Source of the DNA: an uncultured Actinomycetota bacterium
GTDB taxonomy: Bacteria; Actinomycetota; Aquicultoria; CAYFWW01
Assembly: GCA_964346985.1 (NCBI GenBank)
Contig: CAYFWW010000013.1
Location: 3,465-67,464, forward strand
Reading direction: 5' to 3'
Length of the DNA: 64,000 bases
Shown piece by piece: positions 26,443 to 36,325 of the stretch. The notes below the pieces were generated by a model, which saw only the letters and a program-made list of their open reading frames with translations, had not been told where the DNA came from and did no database searches. How positions within the stretch are numbered: the first letter of the stretch is position 1; every line of letters starts with the position of its first letter. A program made the position numbers and the translations under genes.

Positions 26443-28524
26443 ATGCTCTTAAATTTACCTTTATTTAGTTTACTTTTTCTAATTGGTTTTGCTTTCTCTT
26501 TTTGGATAGGCTATTTAGTATTTCGTTTTGGCCCAAAAAATAGGACAAATATTTTTTTTATGGCCACCATGATTTCAATTTCAATATACATGTTTTCAGC
26601 TTTTATTGTCTATAATCTACCTCTTGGTTCATTAGCGATGTTATTTGAAAAAATTGGTTTTATCGGAGCTATCATGGTGCCGGCTTTCTTTTTTCATTTT
26701 ATAGTTTACTTTCCTGATAGGATGGAAATAAGTAGATTTTGGAAGTTTCTAATATCTCTAATTTATATATATATGGTAGTTTTATTTATACTTGTCCCAG
26801 GCAAAATGATGCTTACTGACATAAAAGAGATTAACTATATTCGTTTTAGTAAAACAGGAGATTTATATTTTTTATACTTAATTTACTTTGTTTCAGTTGA
26901 TCTGGGAGCTATATTTATTGCTTTTTGGAAATTATTTAATTTAAAAGAAATTAGAAAAAAACAAGTTGGTTTTGTGTTGATTGGTTCAACAATAGCAGTA
27001 GTTGGAGCTATTTTAGAAACTCGTCCGTTAGTTGGGGAACTATTTATTCCTATTTCAAGTATTACAACTTCGATAATGGGAGTATTAGTTGGATACGCCA
27101 TATTAAGGTACGGTGCTTTTGATGTTGAAAAACTGGTCAAGGAAGGTTTTTTCATATCAATTGCTACTAGTCTGGCCACTATATTTTATTTTGTGTTTAT
27201 CTATATAATTTTTCAAAATATTATAAGAAATATTATGTCTTCAACTTTTATGATTCATCTGATCTTTTTAGTATTAATTATTATTGGCTTTCAACCATTG
27301 AAAGAAACTCTGGATAAATTTATTCAAAGCAAGTTTTTTGGAGATTTTTACTATTATAGGGGTATTATAGAGAATTTTAGCCAGACTTTACCCCATAATC
27401 TAGATTTTGGTCAATTAAGTGAAAGTATTATTAATATATTAATGAAAAGTATAAGTTTAAATTTGGTTATTATTTCATTATTTGATCCAAAAGATAAAAG
27501 TTATTCAATAATCTCATCAGATAAAGATAAATATAAAAACAACATATTTTATCTTATAAATGGAAAATATCTTTCAGAATCACCGAATGAAGATGGATGG
27601 ATTGAATGGAAGCTTGGGAATGGTAAAGAGAAATCATTTAAAGAATATTTTTATTCTAACTTCGATGGCCATCAGTTATTGACCTTTCCTCTTATAGCTA
27701 AACAAAAACATTTAGGTTTTCTGGGACTTGGTACAAAAAAAAATGGTCAAAAATATTCTCAGGCAGACTGCAAACTGCTAAAAGCTCTTTCAGTACAGAC
27801 TGCTTATTCTATAGAAAATGCTCAGTTATATGAAACTGTTGTCGCTCAAAAGAATAAGTTAAATAGCTTGAACAGGCAATTAGAGTCTGCTTATGATGTA
27901 GAAAGGGAAAGAATTTCTAGAGAGCTTCATGATCGTGTTGCTCAGAGTTTAGCCGGGGCAATTCTATCAATCGATTTTTTGAAAAGACAATGTTCCAATA
28001 AGAACAATAAATGTAAAAATGAGATTAATATAATACATGAAGAAGTTAGAGAAGCAATTGTTCAAATGAGGGAAATAGTTTACCAATTAAGGGAAAAATT
28101 AAAGAGCGAGTATAGTATGATAGAAGAAATTCAAAAATTTACAAAATCTTTTTGCGAAAATAATAATTTAAATTTAGTAATATCAATTGATGATTTTCAT
28201 GATTCAATAAGTGATTCTCAGGCTAAAGTTATTCTTAGAATTATTAAAGAACTATTTTTCAATATAAAAAAACATGCTCAGGCAAGTAATATTAATTTTA
28301 AACTGTTTTCTCAAGAAAGTAAGCTAAAGATGATTATAGAAGATGATGGTGTTGGTTTTTTGGTTCAAAAAGTATTCAAGAATTTTCAAAAAATGAGAAC
28401 TTTTGGTCTGGTCAGTATTAGAGAGAATATAAACGAACTAAATGGTAATCTTAAAATTATTAGTGAAATTGGAAAAGGTACTAAGGTTGAAATAATAATC
28501 GATGAGTTAGAGCTCATTTATTAA
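26443..28524 (+). CDS. Sensor histidine kinase: polytopic N-terminal membrane domain, GAF, HisKA_3, HATPase_c
   Basis: ERERISRELHDRVAQSL H-box (HisKA_3, NarL-partner type); G-boxes near the C-terminus. Confidence 0.8.
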   Translation: MLLNLPLFSLLFLIGFAFSFWIGYLVFRFGPKNRTNIFFMATMISISIYMFSAFIVYNLPLGSLAMLFEKIGFIGAIMVPAFFFHFIVYFPDRMEISRFWKFLISLIYIYMVVLFILVPGKMMLTDIKEINYIRFSKTGDLYFLYLIYFVSVDLGAIFIAFWKLFNLKEIRKKQVGFVLIGSTIAVVGAILETRPLVGELFIPISSITTSIMGVLVGYAILRYGAFDVEKLVKEGFFISIATSLATIFYFVFIYIIFQNIIRNIMSSTFMIHLIFLVLIIIGFQPLKETLDKFIQSKFFGDFYYYRGIIENFSQTLPHNLDFGQLSESIINILMKSISLNLVIISLFDPKDKSYSIISSDKDKYKNNIFYLINGKYLSESPNEDGWIEWKLGNGKEKSFKEYFYSNFDGHQLLTFPLIAKQKHLGFLGLGTKKNGQKYSQADCKLLKALSVQTAYSIENAQLYETVVAQKNKLNSLNRQLESAYDVERERISRELHDRVAQSLAGAILSIDFLKRQCSNKNNKCKNEINIIHEEVREAIVQMREIVYQLREKLKSEYSMIEEIQKFTKSFCENNNLNLVISIDDFHDSISDSQAKVILRIIKELFFNIKKHAQASNINFKLFSQESKLKMIIEDDGVGFLVQKVFKNFQKMRTFGLVSIRENINELNGNLKIISEIGKGTKVEIIIDELELIY

Positions 28525-28533
28525 TTAAAAAAT

Positions 28534-29184
28534 ATGGATAAAATAAAAGTAGTTATTGCTGAAGATCATAAAATTGTTAGAAGTGGTTTGCGAAGAATAT
28601 TAGAAGAAAACCAAATTGATGTTGTTGGAGAAGTGAAAAATGGAAATGAAGCTATTGAGTTATCTTGTCGCCTTAAACCTGATGTTGTTTTAATGGATAT
28701 TGGCATGCCGGAAGAGGATGGAATTAGTGCAACTAAGATTATCAAGAAGAAATGTCCTGAAATAAAAATAGTTGTCCTGACGATGTATAAGGATGAAGAA
28801 ATTCTTATGCGAGCGATTAAAGCTGGAGCAATAGGTTATGTTCTCAAGGAACGTACGCCTGATGAATTAGTTCACTCAATCAAATCAGCCTATAGGGGCG
28901 AATCAGTTATCTCACCTTTATTGGCAAATAGATTGCTTCAAGAATTCTATCATGAGTTTGAAACTGAAGATGCAAGCAAACTTAGAATTGAAAAACTCAC
29001 CATTCGAGAAAAAGAGGTCTTAGTACTTATCTCGAAAGGGAAAACCAACAGAGAGATTGCTAGCGAACTTTGTATTTCAGAAAACACAGTAAAAAACCAT
29101 TTAAGTCATATTTTTAAAAAGCTTCATGCTACTGATAGAACAAAAGCAGCTATTATTGCTTTAAAAAAAGGTCTAAACCTCTAA
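28534..29184 (+). CDS. NarL/FixJ-family response regulator (REC + LuxR HTH)
   Basis: IAEDH...DVVLMDIGMP receiver domain; EKEVLVLISKGKTNREIA LuxR HTH. Confidence 0.85.
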   Translation: MDKIKVVIAEDHKIVRSGLRRILEENQIDVVGEVKNGNEAIELSCRLKPDVVLMDIGMPEEDGISATKIIKKKCPEIKIVVLTMYKDEEILMRAIKAGAIGYVLKERTPDELVHSIKSAYRGESVISPLLANRLLQEFYHEFETEDASKLRIEKLTIREKEVLVLISKGKTNREIASELCISENTVKNHLSHIFKKLHATDRTKAAIIALKKGLNL

Positions 29185-29289
29185 GATTTAATTTTTCGTT
29201 TTTAGTTTAATAATTGCCGCTAATCTAAATAGGAAAAAAGTACTATATGAAAATTCTTATCAGCTTGGTAAAATTATTGTCTATAAGGA

Positions 29290-29661
29290 ATGATTTTTAT
29301 GGTGCAGGTATTAGTGGTAGATGATAATCCACTTTTTAGGGCAAAAATAGCAAGAATTCTTGATAATGAAGAATTAATTGAGATAATAGGTTATGCTTCT
29401 AATGGTCAAGAAGCAGTTACTTTGTCAAAAGTATTAAAACCTGACGTTGTTTTGATGGATCTTGATATGCCTGTTATGGATGGTAAAAGAGCTACAACTA
29501 AAATTAAAAATATTAATTCGGAGATAAAAGTTATCATTCTTTCAATGTTTGGAAAATCTGATGAACTCAATAATTGTCTTAAAGCTGGCGCTTCAGATTA
29601 TGTACTTAAAGAAGAAAGTTCTTTAATTCCTGAAAAAATTTTAGCTAATCATATGTTATAA
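29290..29661 (+). CDS. Stand-alone receiver (REC-only) protein
   Basis: VLVVDDNP..DVVLMDLDMP..KVIILS; no output domain. The ATG at 29299 is an alternative start. Confidence 0.8.
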   Translation: MIFMVQVLVVDDNPLFRAKIARILDNEELIEIIGYASNGQEAVTLSKVLKPDVVLMDLDMPVMDGKRATTKIKNINSEIKVIILSMFGKSDELNNCLKAGASDYVLKEESSLIPEKILANHML

Positions 29662-29674
29662 AATATCTTATATT

Positions 29675-30019
29675 TTGGGTGTTAAAAGGATGATCAAAGA
29701 TAATTATTTCATATATAATTCTGATCAAAGGAAAGCATTCCTTGTAAAAAAAATTCAAAACGATCATTTATATTTTTCTTTAATTAAGTATTTTTATTAT
29801 AATCCAGGAACTTATGATAGTTTAAAAGGTATCTCACTTAGACTCGGCTTAAATCAAGAAATTATTAAAGATAAGATTGATGATCTTTTAAAAGTAGGTA
29901 TTTTGCAATCAAACAGATCGAGTGAAGGGGAGGTATATTTACTTAAAAAACAAAAAAGTGTTTTAAATGATTTTAGAAAAGCTCTTTCAGTAATAGAGGG
30001 AAAAAACCAGTTAGACTAG
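29675..30019 (+). CDS. Small winged-helix-like protein, paralog of the 16635..17006 product
   Basis: Shared YxNPGxxDSLxGxxxRLG...L...I core with the 16635 product; sits 13 nt after the REC-only gene. Confidence 0.5.
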   Translation: MGVKRMIKDNYFIYNSDQRKAFLVKKIQNDHLYFSLIKYFYYNPGTYDSLKGISLRLGLNQEIIKDKIDDLLKVGILQSNRSSEGEVYLLKKQKSVLNDFRKALSVIEGKNQLD

Positions 30020-30052
30020 TTATTGCAATGTTTTATTTATTCTTTTTGAGTT

Positions 30053-32284
30053 ATGGTGAATAAGTCTATAAAGTTTGAATCAAATGGAAAAATTCTCCAA
30101 TATTTATTTAGAATCACTTCATTATTTTTTGGATTTGCGATTTTAATAATAAATTTTGAAATCCCTACTCTTTTAAACCGTCAAATATTCATTTTTTCTT
30201 TAGTTATCTTTATTTTATATAATATTTTATTTTTAAAATTCTTTGACTCAGTAGTTGAAAAGACAATAGAAAAAAGATTTTACTTTATAATTCTATTAGA
30301 TTTGATTATTGCTGTTGCAGCAATATTAATTACCGGTGGATTAAAATCACCTTTTATATATTATTCATTAAGCCCAGTTATTTTAGCGGGATACTATGGC
30401 GGATACATATCTGTTTCGGTAACTTCTTTTTTAATGACGATATGTTTATACTTAGTTAACTATTTTAGTAGTGGAATTTCTTTATTTCAAATCTCAAGTC
30501 AAACAATTAGAGAACTTTTTCAAACTTCATTCTATTATTTTTTATCTGGCTATCTGATCACTTTTTTGGCAAAGATATATATGGCATCTGAGAAGACTAC
30601 TGAGCGGTATAAAAATGCCAAGTCTCAGTTAGAAAAAATCAGTTTAAAAAACGAAAGCATTAATAAAAAATTCCTTATTCTTTTGGGAATTTATGAAGAA
30701 TTTCAGAAGTGCCATAGGCTAAATCAACTACTTGAAAAAATACTTACTGGCAGTATTGTTTTGGGGTATAGTAATGCAATTCTAGGAGTGGCTTCTGATG
30801 GAAATTCTTATAGATCTTGGATAAGACTCAGTGAAAATGGAGAATTTCAGAGATTCTTGTATGAAAAAGTTATTGATATTGATAAAGTATATACAGAGTA
30901 TGGTAAAGAATTTAAATCTCCACTCGGCTGTCCAAAGATAATGCTTTTCCGAAACTTGTCGGAGATAGGATTAGATAACTTTAACATTGGGCTTGATAAT
31001 GATAAACAAATTATTATTTCTATATCAGGAAAGCATAATACAAAATGCATTCTGATTTTATTTACAAAGAGGGAAATTGATTTCAAACAGGAACTGATTA
31101 TTTTATCTTCGTATATAACTGAAGTAAACTTGGCTCTAGATAGCCTTGAAAAACATGAGGTTTTAGTTAAGCAGATTCAAATGCTTGAGTCATTAAATGA
31201 TGTTGCTACGGCTGTCAGTAGCAAATTAACCTTAGAAAGTATATTGAATACAGTTGTAGAAAAAGCTAAGGAGATTATTAATGCTGAAAAAGTAGTTCTT
31301 TCACTGATGGACATATCAGGACAGCAAGAACAGCTGGATCCTAAGTATTTTACTGTCCGGGGTAAAAAAGATCAGTATCCTGAAGAATGGTGGCGTCATG
31401 AAATGGAAGTTCTAGCGATCGATGTTATTAAAACTGGAAAGTCGAGAATTATTTCGATAAGGACGGATAAAAAGTCGGAAGATAGAGCATGGTTGTTATG
31501 TGTACCAATTAAAGTTAAGGATAAATCACTAGGTGTAATCTCAGTATTAAGTTCAAGCTCTGATTATTTCGAAATTATCGATGTGTTAACCATTGAGACA
31601 TTAGGCAAGTTTGCTGCCGTGGCTGTTGAGAATGTAAACTTAGTTCAAAAAAGTTTGGAATCGGTAATTTCGGAAGAACGTGGAAGAATAGCTAGGGATA
31701 TGCATGATGGTTTAGCTCAAGCACTCTTCAGTATTATCTTAAATCTTCAAATTTTAGAAAGCATGATAAAAAAGGATTCTTCTACAGTAAACTTGAAGCT
31801 CAAGGAGATTAAAAGTTTTACTCAACAAAATTTAACTCAATTAAGAAATTACATCTATAATCTTCAACCACCTGATGTTAATCGCTACGGTTTGACAAAA
31901 GCATTGCAGATGTACTTAGATCAAACTTCAAAGATCAGTGATATAGACATTTCATTTAATGTAGAAGGCAATGTAGTAAATTTGGCTTCGAGAACAGAGA
32001 TTTCTATCTATAGAATGATTCAAGAAGCAACATCCAATGTTATACGGCATTCTGATGCAAGTTTACTAAAGGTCAATTTACTATATGAAAAAAATTATTT
32101 ATTATTTATATTAGAAGATAATGGCAAGGGATTTGAACCTAAAGAGCTGTCAGAAAGTGGAGAAGACTATAATGGAATGGGTTTAAGTAATATAAGAAAA
32201 AGAATTGAAAATTTTGGGGGCAGTTTAGTAATCGATAGTAAGCCTGGAAAGGGAACGAGAATTTATACAGAGATTCCTATTTGA
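30053..32284 (+). CDS. Sensor histidine kinase: N-terminal membrane domain, GAF domain(s), HisKA_3, HATPase_c
   Basis: ERGRIARDMHDGLAQALF H-box; G-boxes DNGKGF, GMGLSN. Confidence 0.8.
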   Translation: MVNKSIKFESNGKILQYLFRITSLFFGFAILIINFEIPTLLNRQIFIFSLVIFILYNILFLKFFDSVVEKTIEKRFYFIILLDLIIAVAAILITGGLKSPFIYYSLSPVILAGYYGGYISVSVTSFLMTICLYLVNYFSSGISLFQISSQTIRELFQTSFYYFLSGYLITFLAKIYMASEKTTERYKNAKSQLEKISLKNESINKKFLILLGIYEEFQKCHRLNQLLEKILTGSIVLGYSNAILGVASDGNSYRSWIRLSENGEFQRFLYEKVIDIDKVYTEYGKEFKSPLGCPKIMLFRNLSEIGLDNFNIGLDNDKQIIISISGKHNTKCILILFTKREIDFKQELIILSSYITEVNLALDSLEKHEVLVKQIQMLESLNDVATAVSSKLTLESILNTVVEKAKEIINAEKVVLSLMDISGQQEQLDPKYFTVRGKKDQYPEEWWRHEMEVLAIDVIKTGKSRIISIRTDKKSEDRAWLLCVPIKVKDKSLGVISVLSSSSDYFEIIDVLTIETLGKFAAVAVENVNLVQKSLESVISEERGRIARDMHDGLAQALFSIILNLQILESMIKKDSSTVNLKLKEIKSFTQQNLTQLRNYIYNLQPPDVNRYGLTKALQMYLDQTSKISDIDISFNVEGNVVNLASRTEISIYRMIQEATSNVIRHSDASLLKVNLLYEKNYLLFILEDNGKGFEPKELSESGEDYNGMGLSNIRKRIENFGGSLVIDSKPGKGTRIYTEIPI

Positions 32285-32298
32285 GAGAAAGATTAAAA

Positions 32299-32958
32299 AT
32301 GGTAAAGATTAAAGTAGTAATTGCTGATGATCATCAATTAGTTCGTGAGGGATTGAAAACTGTTCTGGAAAATGAAAAAGATATCGAGGTAGTAGGATCT
32401 GCTTCAACTGGCAAAGAAGTATTGGAATATTCTTCAAAGCTAAATCCAGATGTTGTAATTTTAGATCTTCGTATGCCTGAGATGGATGGTGTGGAAGCCT
32501 GTCAGCGTTTATCGATTGAGAATCCTGATATTAAGATTATCATTCTGACTTGTTTTGATGCTGATGATGATATTTTCTCAGCTCTTAATGCTGGAGCAAA
32601 TAGTTATTTATTAAAGGATATTGCCCCTATTGATTTAATCAATGCTATTCGAAGTGTTACAAGAGGGCAATCATCACTTCATCCAAATGTGGCCAAGAAA
32701 GTAATTAGGCCAAGAAGAACTCAAAAGGCAATCAATGATGATTATCCGATTGAACCGTTGACCGATAGAGAAAAAGAAGTTTTAGAATTTATGGCCAAAG
32801 GCTATAAAAACAAAGAAATAGCTGAAAAACTATGGGTTGCCGAAAATACAGTAAAAACTCACGTCAGGCATATTCTACAGAAGCTGAATAAAAGTGATAG
32901 AGCAAGTGTAGTACTCTATGCCATACGCCGGGGAATAATTGATTTGCCTATAGAATAA
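32299..32958 (+). CDS. NarL/FixJ-family response regulator
   Basis: VIADDH..VVILDLRMP receiver domain; LuxR HTH REKEVLEFMAKGYKNKEIA. ORF-track start is TTG at 32281, overlapping the kinase stop; the ATG at 32299 is likelier. Confidence 0.8.
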   Translation: MVKIKVVIADDHQLVREGLKTVLENEKDIEVVGSASTGKEVLEYSSKLNPDVVILDLRMPEMDGVEACQRLSIENPDIKIIILTCFDADDDIFSALNAGANSYLLKDIAPIDLINAIRSVTRGQSSLHPNVAKKVIRPRRTQKAINDDYPIEPLTDREKEVLEFMAKGYKNKEIAEKLWVAENTVKTHVRHILQKLNKSDRASVVLYAIRRGIIDLPIE

Positions 32959-33161
32959 TTATTATATGTAAAACCGATTAATCCTAAAGTATTACTTTTG
33001 CTTAATAATAAATACGCCTTTTGATGGATATTTGTCTTTCTATCATAAGTTATAATTTTACAAAGCAAGTATGTAGAATAAAATCTTATAGCATTTTTAG
33101 ATTAAAATTAATAGATTTTAATTATTATTAAAATTAAAAAGTTGAGCAAAATTCAGTAAAA

Positions 33162-33839
33162 ATGGTAAAAAAGAATATTAGGATTATAATTGTTGATGAC
33201 CATGAATTAGTACGCAAAGGCTTATTGTCAATTTTTGAGCATGTAGAAGACTTCGACGTAGTTAAGGAAACTGACAGTGGGTTTGAAGCTGTTAATGAAA
33301 CGATAAAGTTAAAACCTGATATTCTTCTTCTGGATTTACGATTACCTGATATTAATGGAATTAAAGTAACTGAGCTTGTCAAAGAAAAATTTCCTGCGTG
33401 CAAAATAATAATCTTGAGTACCTACAATTTGGAAGAAGAAGTTCTACAATCGATAAAAGCAGGTATATCTGGTTATGTTCTCAAAGGTATAGAACCTAAT
33501 GAGTTGATTGAAATAATAAGAACTGTTGCCAAAGGTGGATCATATCTTAATCCTGAAGCTACTACTCAGGTAATGAACGAAGTTCTTAATAATGCAGAAG
33601 AAGATCATAATGAGATTTCTAACTTAACCAAGAGGGAGAAAGAAGTATTAAATCATGTTGCTATTGGCTTACGCAATAAAGAAATTGCTGATAGATTATA
33701 TATCAGCGAAAAAACTGTAAAAACACACGTAAGTAATATTTTGACCAAATTGAAGAAGACTGATCGTACATCAGCTGTAATATATGCCATGCAAGAAGGA
33801 ATTATTACACTTGAAAACCAGCAAGAAATGAATATTTAG
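33162..33839 (+). CDS. NarL/FixJ-family response regulator (orphan)
   Basis: IIVDDHELVRKG..ILLLDLRLPD receiver domain; LuxR HTH REKEVLNHVAIGLRNKEIA. Confidence 0.85.
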   Translation: MVKKNIRIIIVDDHELVRKGLLSIFEHVEDFDVVKETDSGFEAVNETIKLKPDILLLDLRLPDINGIKVTELVKEKFPACKIIILSTYNLEEEVLQSIKAGISGYVLKGIEPNELIEIIRTVAKGGSYLNPEATTQVMNEVLNNAEEDHNEISNLTKREKEVLNHVAIGLRNKEIADRLYISEKTVKTHVSNILTKLKKTDRTSAVIYAMQEGIITLENQQEMNI

Positions 33840-33896
33840 GAGATTTGTATTATTTCGGTTTAGAAAAAATGATTATTATTTTCTAGCTAAAAAGAT

Positions 33897-34286
33897 ATGA
33901 AAAGTAAAAAAGATAAAATAAAAATATTCTTAGCTGAGGACCATTTAGCGGTTTTAAATGCTTTAAAGACTATTCTTGATTCTGAAGATGATTTTGAGGT
34001 AGTAGATGTAGCTACTGACGGCAAGGCTGCTTTAGAAAAGATTGAGGAAACAAATCCAGATGTTGCAGTTGTAGCTATAAAAATGCCATTAATAAACGGC
34101 CTTAAGGTCACAGAAAGAGTTAAGAAGTATAATCCTTATATAGAAGTTATACTTATCAGTATGTTTGATGAGTATAAAGACCAAATAGAAAAAGTTGGTG
34201 CTCATTCCTTCATCCAAAAGGGAGAACCAGTAAAGAATCTTATTAAAAATATCAGGCTTGCTTATCTTAAGAAAAGTCAACAATAA
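33897..34286 (+). CDS. Stand-alone receiver (REC-only) protein
   Basis: IFLAEDH..VAVVAIKMP..VILIS; no output domain. Confidence 0.75.
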   Translation: MKSKKDKIKIFLAEDHLAVLNALKTILDSEDDFEVVDVATDGKAALEKIEETNPDVAVVAIKMPLINGLKVTERVKKYNPYIEVILISMFDEYKDQIEKVGAHSFIQKGEPVKNLIKNIRLAYLKKSQQ

Positions 34287-34422
34287 ATAGATTTAAGTTT
34301 ACCAATCGATCCAAAATAAATATCAATTATTAAATTTCGTTTATTATAAAATCAATTTCCTGGTATTATTATGAGTAATTGATTCTAATGAACTTTATAA
34401 TTTAAAACTGAGAGGTGTTAAT

Positions 34423-34695
34423 ATGGAAGATTTGAGGAAAAAGACAAATAAGGTTGAGGTTGAAATTTTTACTAGTAATTTTAAAATTATTGGCTTTGCA
34501 CACATTAAACCTGAATCCTATAGAGGTAGGCTAACAGATCTATTAAATGAACAGAATCTAAATTTTTTACCTATTACTAAGGCCAAGGCTTTTGATTACC
34601 AAAAAAATGAATTAGTCTATAAGTCAGAATGCATTGCGATAAATAAAGACCTTATCGAAGCTGTTATACCAATAGATGAAGGTTCTTCAGAATAA
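34423..34695 (+). CDS. Hypothetical 90-aa protein
   Basis: ORF with RBS (GAGAGG); no motif recognised. Confidence 0.4.
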   Translation: MEDLRKKTNKVEVEIFTSNFKIIGFAHIKPESYRGRLTDLLNEQNLNFLPITKAKAFDYQKNELVYKSECIAINKDLIEAVIPIDEGSSE

Positions 34696-34699
34696 ATAA

Positions 34700-35611
34700 A
34701 TGAAGGCAAAAAAAGCTGTAATTGCAGCACTGATAGGAAATGGATTAATTTGCCTGATTAAATTTATAACTTCATTTTTAAGTAAGTCTGCCAGTATGAC
34801 CGCGGAATCATTACATTCTTTAGCCGATACTTTTAACCAGATATTTCTTTTAATTGGCATAAAGTTGCAGAAAAAACCGCCTGATGCTGAACATCCTTTT
34901 GGGTATGGGAAGGAAAGATATTTTTGGACTTTTATTACAGCAGTCATGATTTTTGCTATGGGAGGATTGCTCTCTTTTTATGAAGGGATTAATAAAATAG
35001 TTAATCCTCACCCCATCAGATATTTTAATCTTTCGCTAATAGTTATTAGCTTAGCTTTAATATTTGAAATTGTTTCTTTCACTATTGCTATACAGGAAGT
35101 ATTAAAAGGAGCGAAAGCTAGCCAAATGTCTTTTATAAGATTTTTACGTAAAACAAGCGATACAACAATTAAGACTGTTGTCTTTGAAGATTTTGCTGCA
35201 ATACTTGGATTGTTAATAGCGGGTATAGGACTTTTTTTATCCCAAAAGACTGGACTTTTGTATTATGATGGTTTTTCATCAATTCTTATTGGAATAGTAT
35301 TGATTGTAATGGCCTATTTTTTAGGTTCTGAAAGTAGACAATTATTATTGGGGAAAGCAGCTTCTATTGAAATCAGACAAGAGATTATAGATTTAATCAA
35401 ATCAAGAGAAATTATATTAGAAATTAAGGAACTTCTTACAATGCAACTTTCTCCAGAAGAAATATTAGTTACAGGGCATATTTTATTAAAGCCCAATATG
35501 ACAAGCAAGAAAATTGCTGTTGAAATAGATAACCTGGAAAAGGAAATAAAAAAAAGAGTACCTAGTGTTTCTAAGATTTTTTTTGAAGCTGATAAGAAGG
35601 GTTTATTTTAA
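34700..35611 (+). CDS. Cation diffusion facilitator (CDF) family metal efflux transporter
   Basis: HSLADTFNQ motif in TM2, 6 TM helices and a C-terminal cytoplasmic domain. Confidence 0.8.
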   Translation: MKAKKAVIAALIGNGLICLIKFITSFLSKSASMTAESLHSLADTFNQIFLLIGIKLQKKPPDAEHPFGYGKERYFWTFITAVMIFAMGGLLSFYEGINKIVNPHPIRYFNLSLIVISLALIFEIVSFTIAIQEVLKGAKASQMSFIRFLRKTSDTTIKTVVFEDFAAILGLLIAGIGLFLSQKTGLLYYDGFSSILIGIVLIVMAYFLGSESRQLLLGKAASIEIRQEIIDLIKSREIILEIKELLTMQLSPEEILVTGHILLKPNMTSKKIAVEIDNLEKEIKKRVPSVSKIFFEADKKGLF

Positions 35612-35868
35612 GGTAAATGGTCGGTGATTACTCGCCCAATTAGTTTTTTTGCAACTTTTTCGGACGATACATTATATTTTTTCTTTAATATTGCTTTATT
35701 TAAATCTTTGACTTTAGATTGCCTAACCTCAGGTATTTCTTCGAGGAGTTTCTTTAACTTTTCTATATTTTTCTTTGTTATATCAGGTTTAGATGGTTTA
35801 TCTTGAATAGATAAATGCTTTTTAAATTCATTTATTGAAAGCATGATTTGTTTTTCTGATACTTTCAA
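35608..35868 (-). CDS. flgM: FlgM-like anti-sigma-28 factor
   Basis: C-terminal RQSKVKDLNKAILKKKYNVSSEKVAKKLIG matches the FlgM signature (vd..KVaalKaaIa.GeYkvd.ekiA.kL). Confidence 0.55.
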   Translation of the reverse strand: MKVSEKQIMLSINEFKKHLSIQDKPSKPDITKKNIEKLKKLLEEIPEVRQSKVKDLNKAILKKKYNVSSEKVAKKLIGRVITDHLP

Positions 35869-35982
35869 TTATAAATGCACCTCTCTTGTTTATATTTATC
35901 GGCAGGTTATTATGATTTATAAAAAATTTATAGAATAAATGATAATTTCCGATATATTATTTAATACATAAGGAGGGAAATA

Positions 35983-36321
35983 ATGGTTATTCATGAAAAA
36001 GAGGATAGAAGGAAAAATCATTTTTTAAAAAGATATAAAAACCCTCCTACATTTTTAGGAGATGCAACAACTAAGAATATATATACTGGGTTTAGCGAGA
36101 AAGTTGTTGGTTTTACACTTTACGATATAGAAGCAATCGCTGAGAATATTCATAATTCACATATAGAAATATGGGAGGCTTTTAAAAATCTAGAAAAAAA
36201 AGGTATTATTAAGCATGGGGAACGTCCAACTGATACCAATATATTCTTAATCTTTAAGCAAGATAAATCACCTGAAGATCCTTTGGAAAGAAAGATATAC
36301 CAAATTTTACTTGATTTATAG
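35983..36321 (+). CDS. Hypothetical 112-aa protein
   Basis: ORF with GGAGGG RBS. Confidence 0.4.
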   Translation: MVIHEKEDRRKNHFLKRYKNPPTFLGDATTKNIYTGFSEKVVGFTLYDIEAIAENIHNSHIEIWEAFKNLEKKGIIKHGERPTDTNIFLIFKQDKSPEDPLERKIYQILLDL

Positions 36322-36325
36322 ATTA

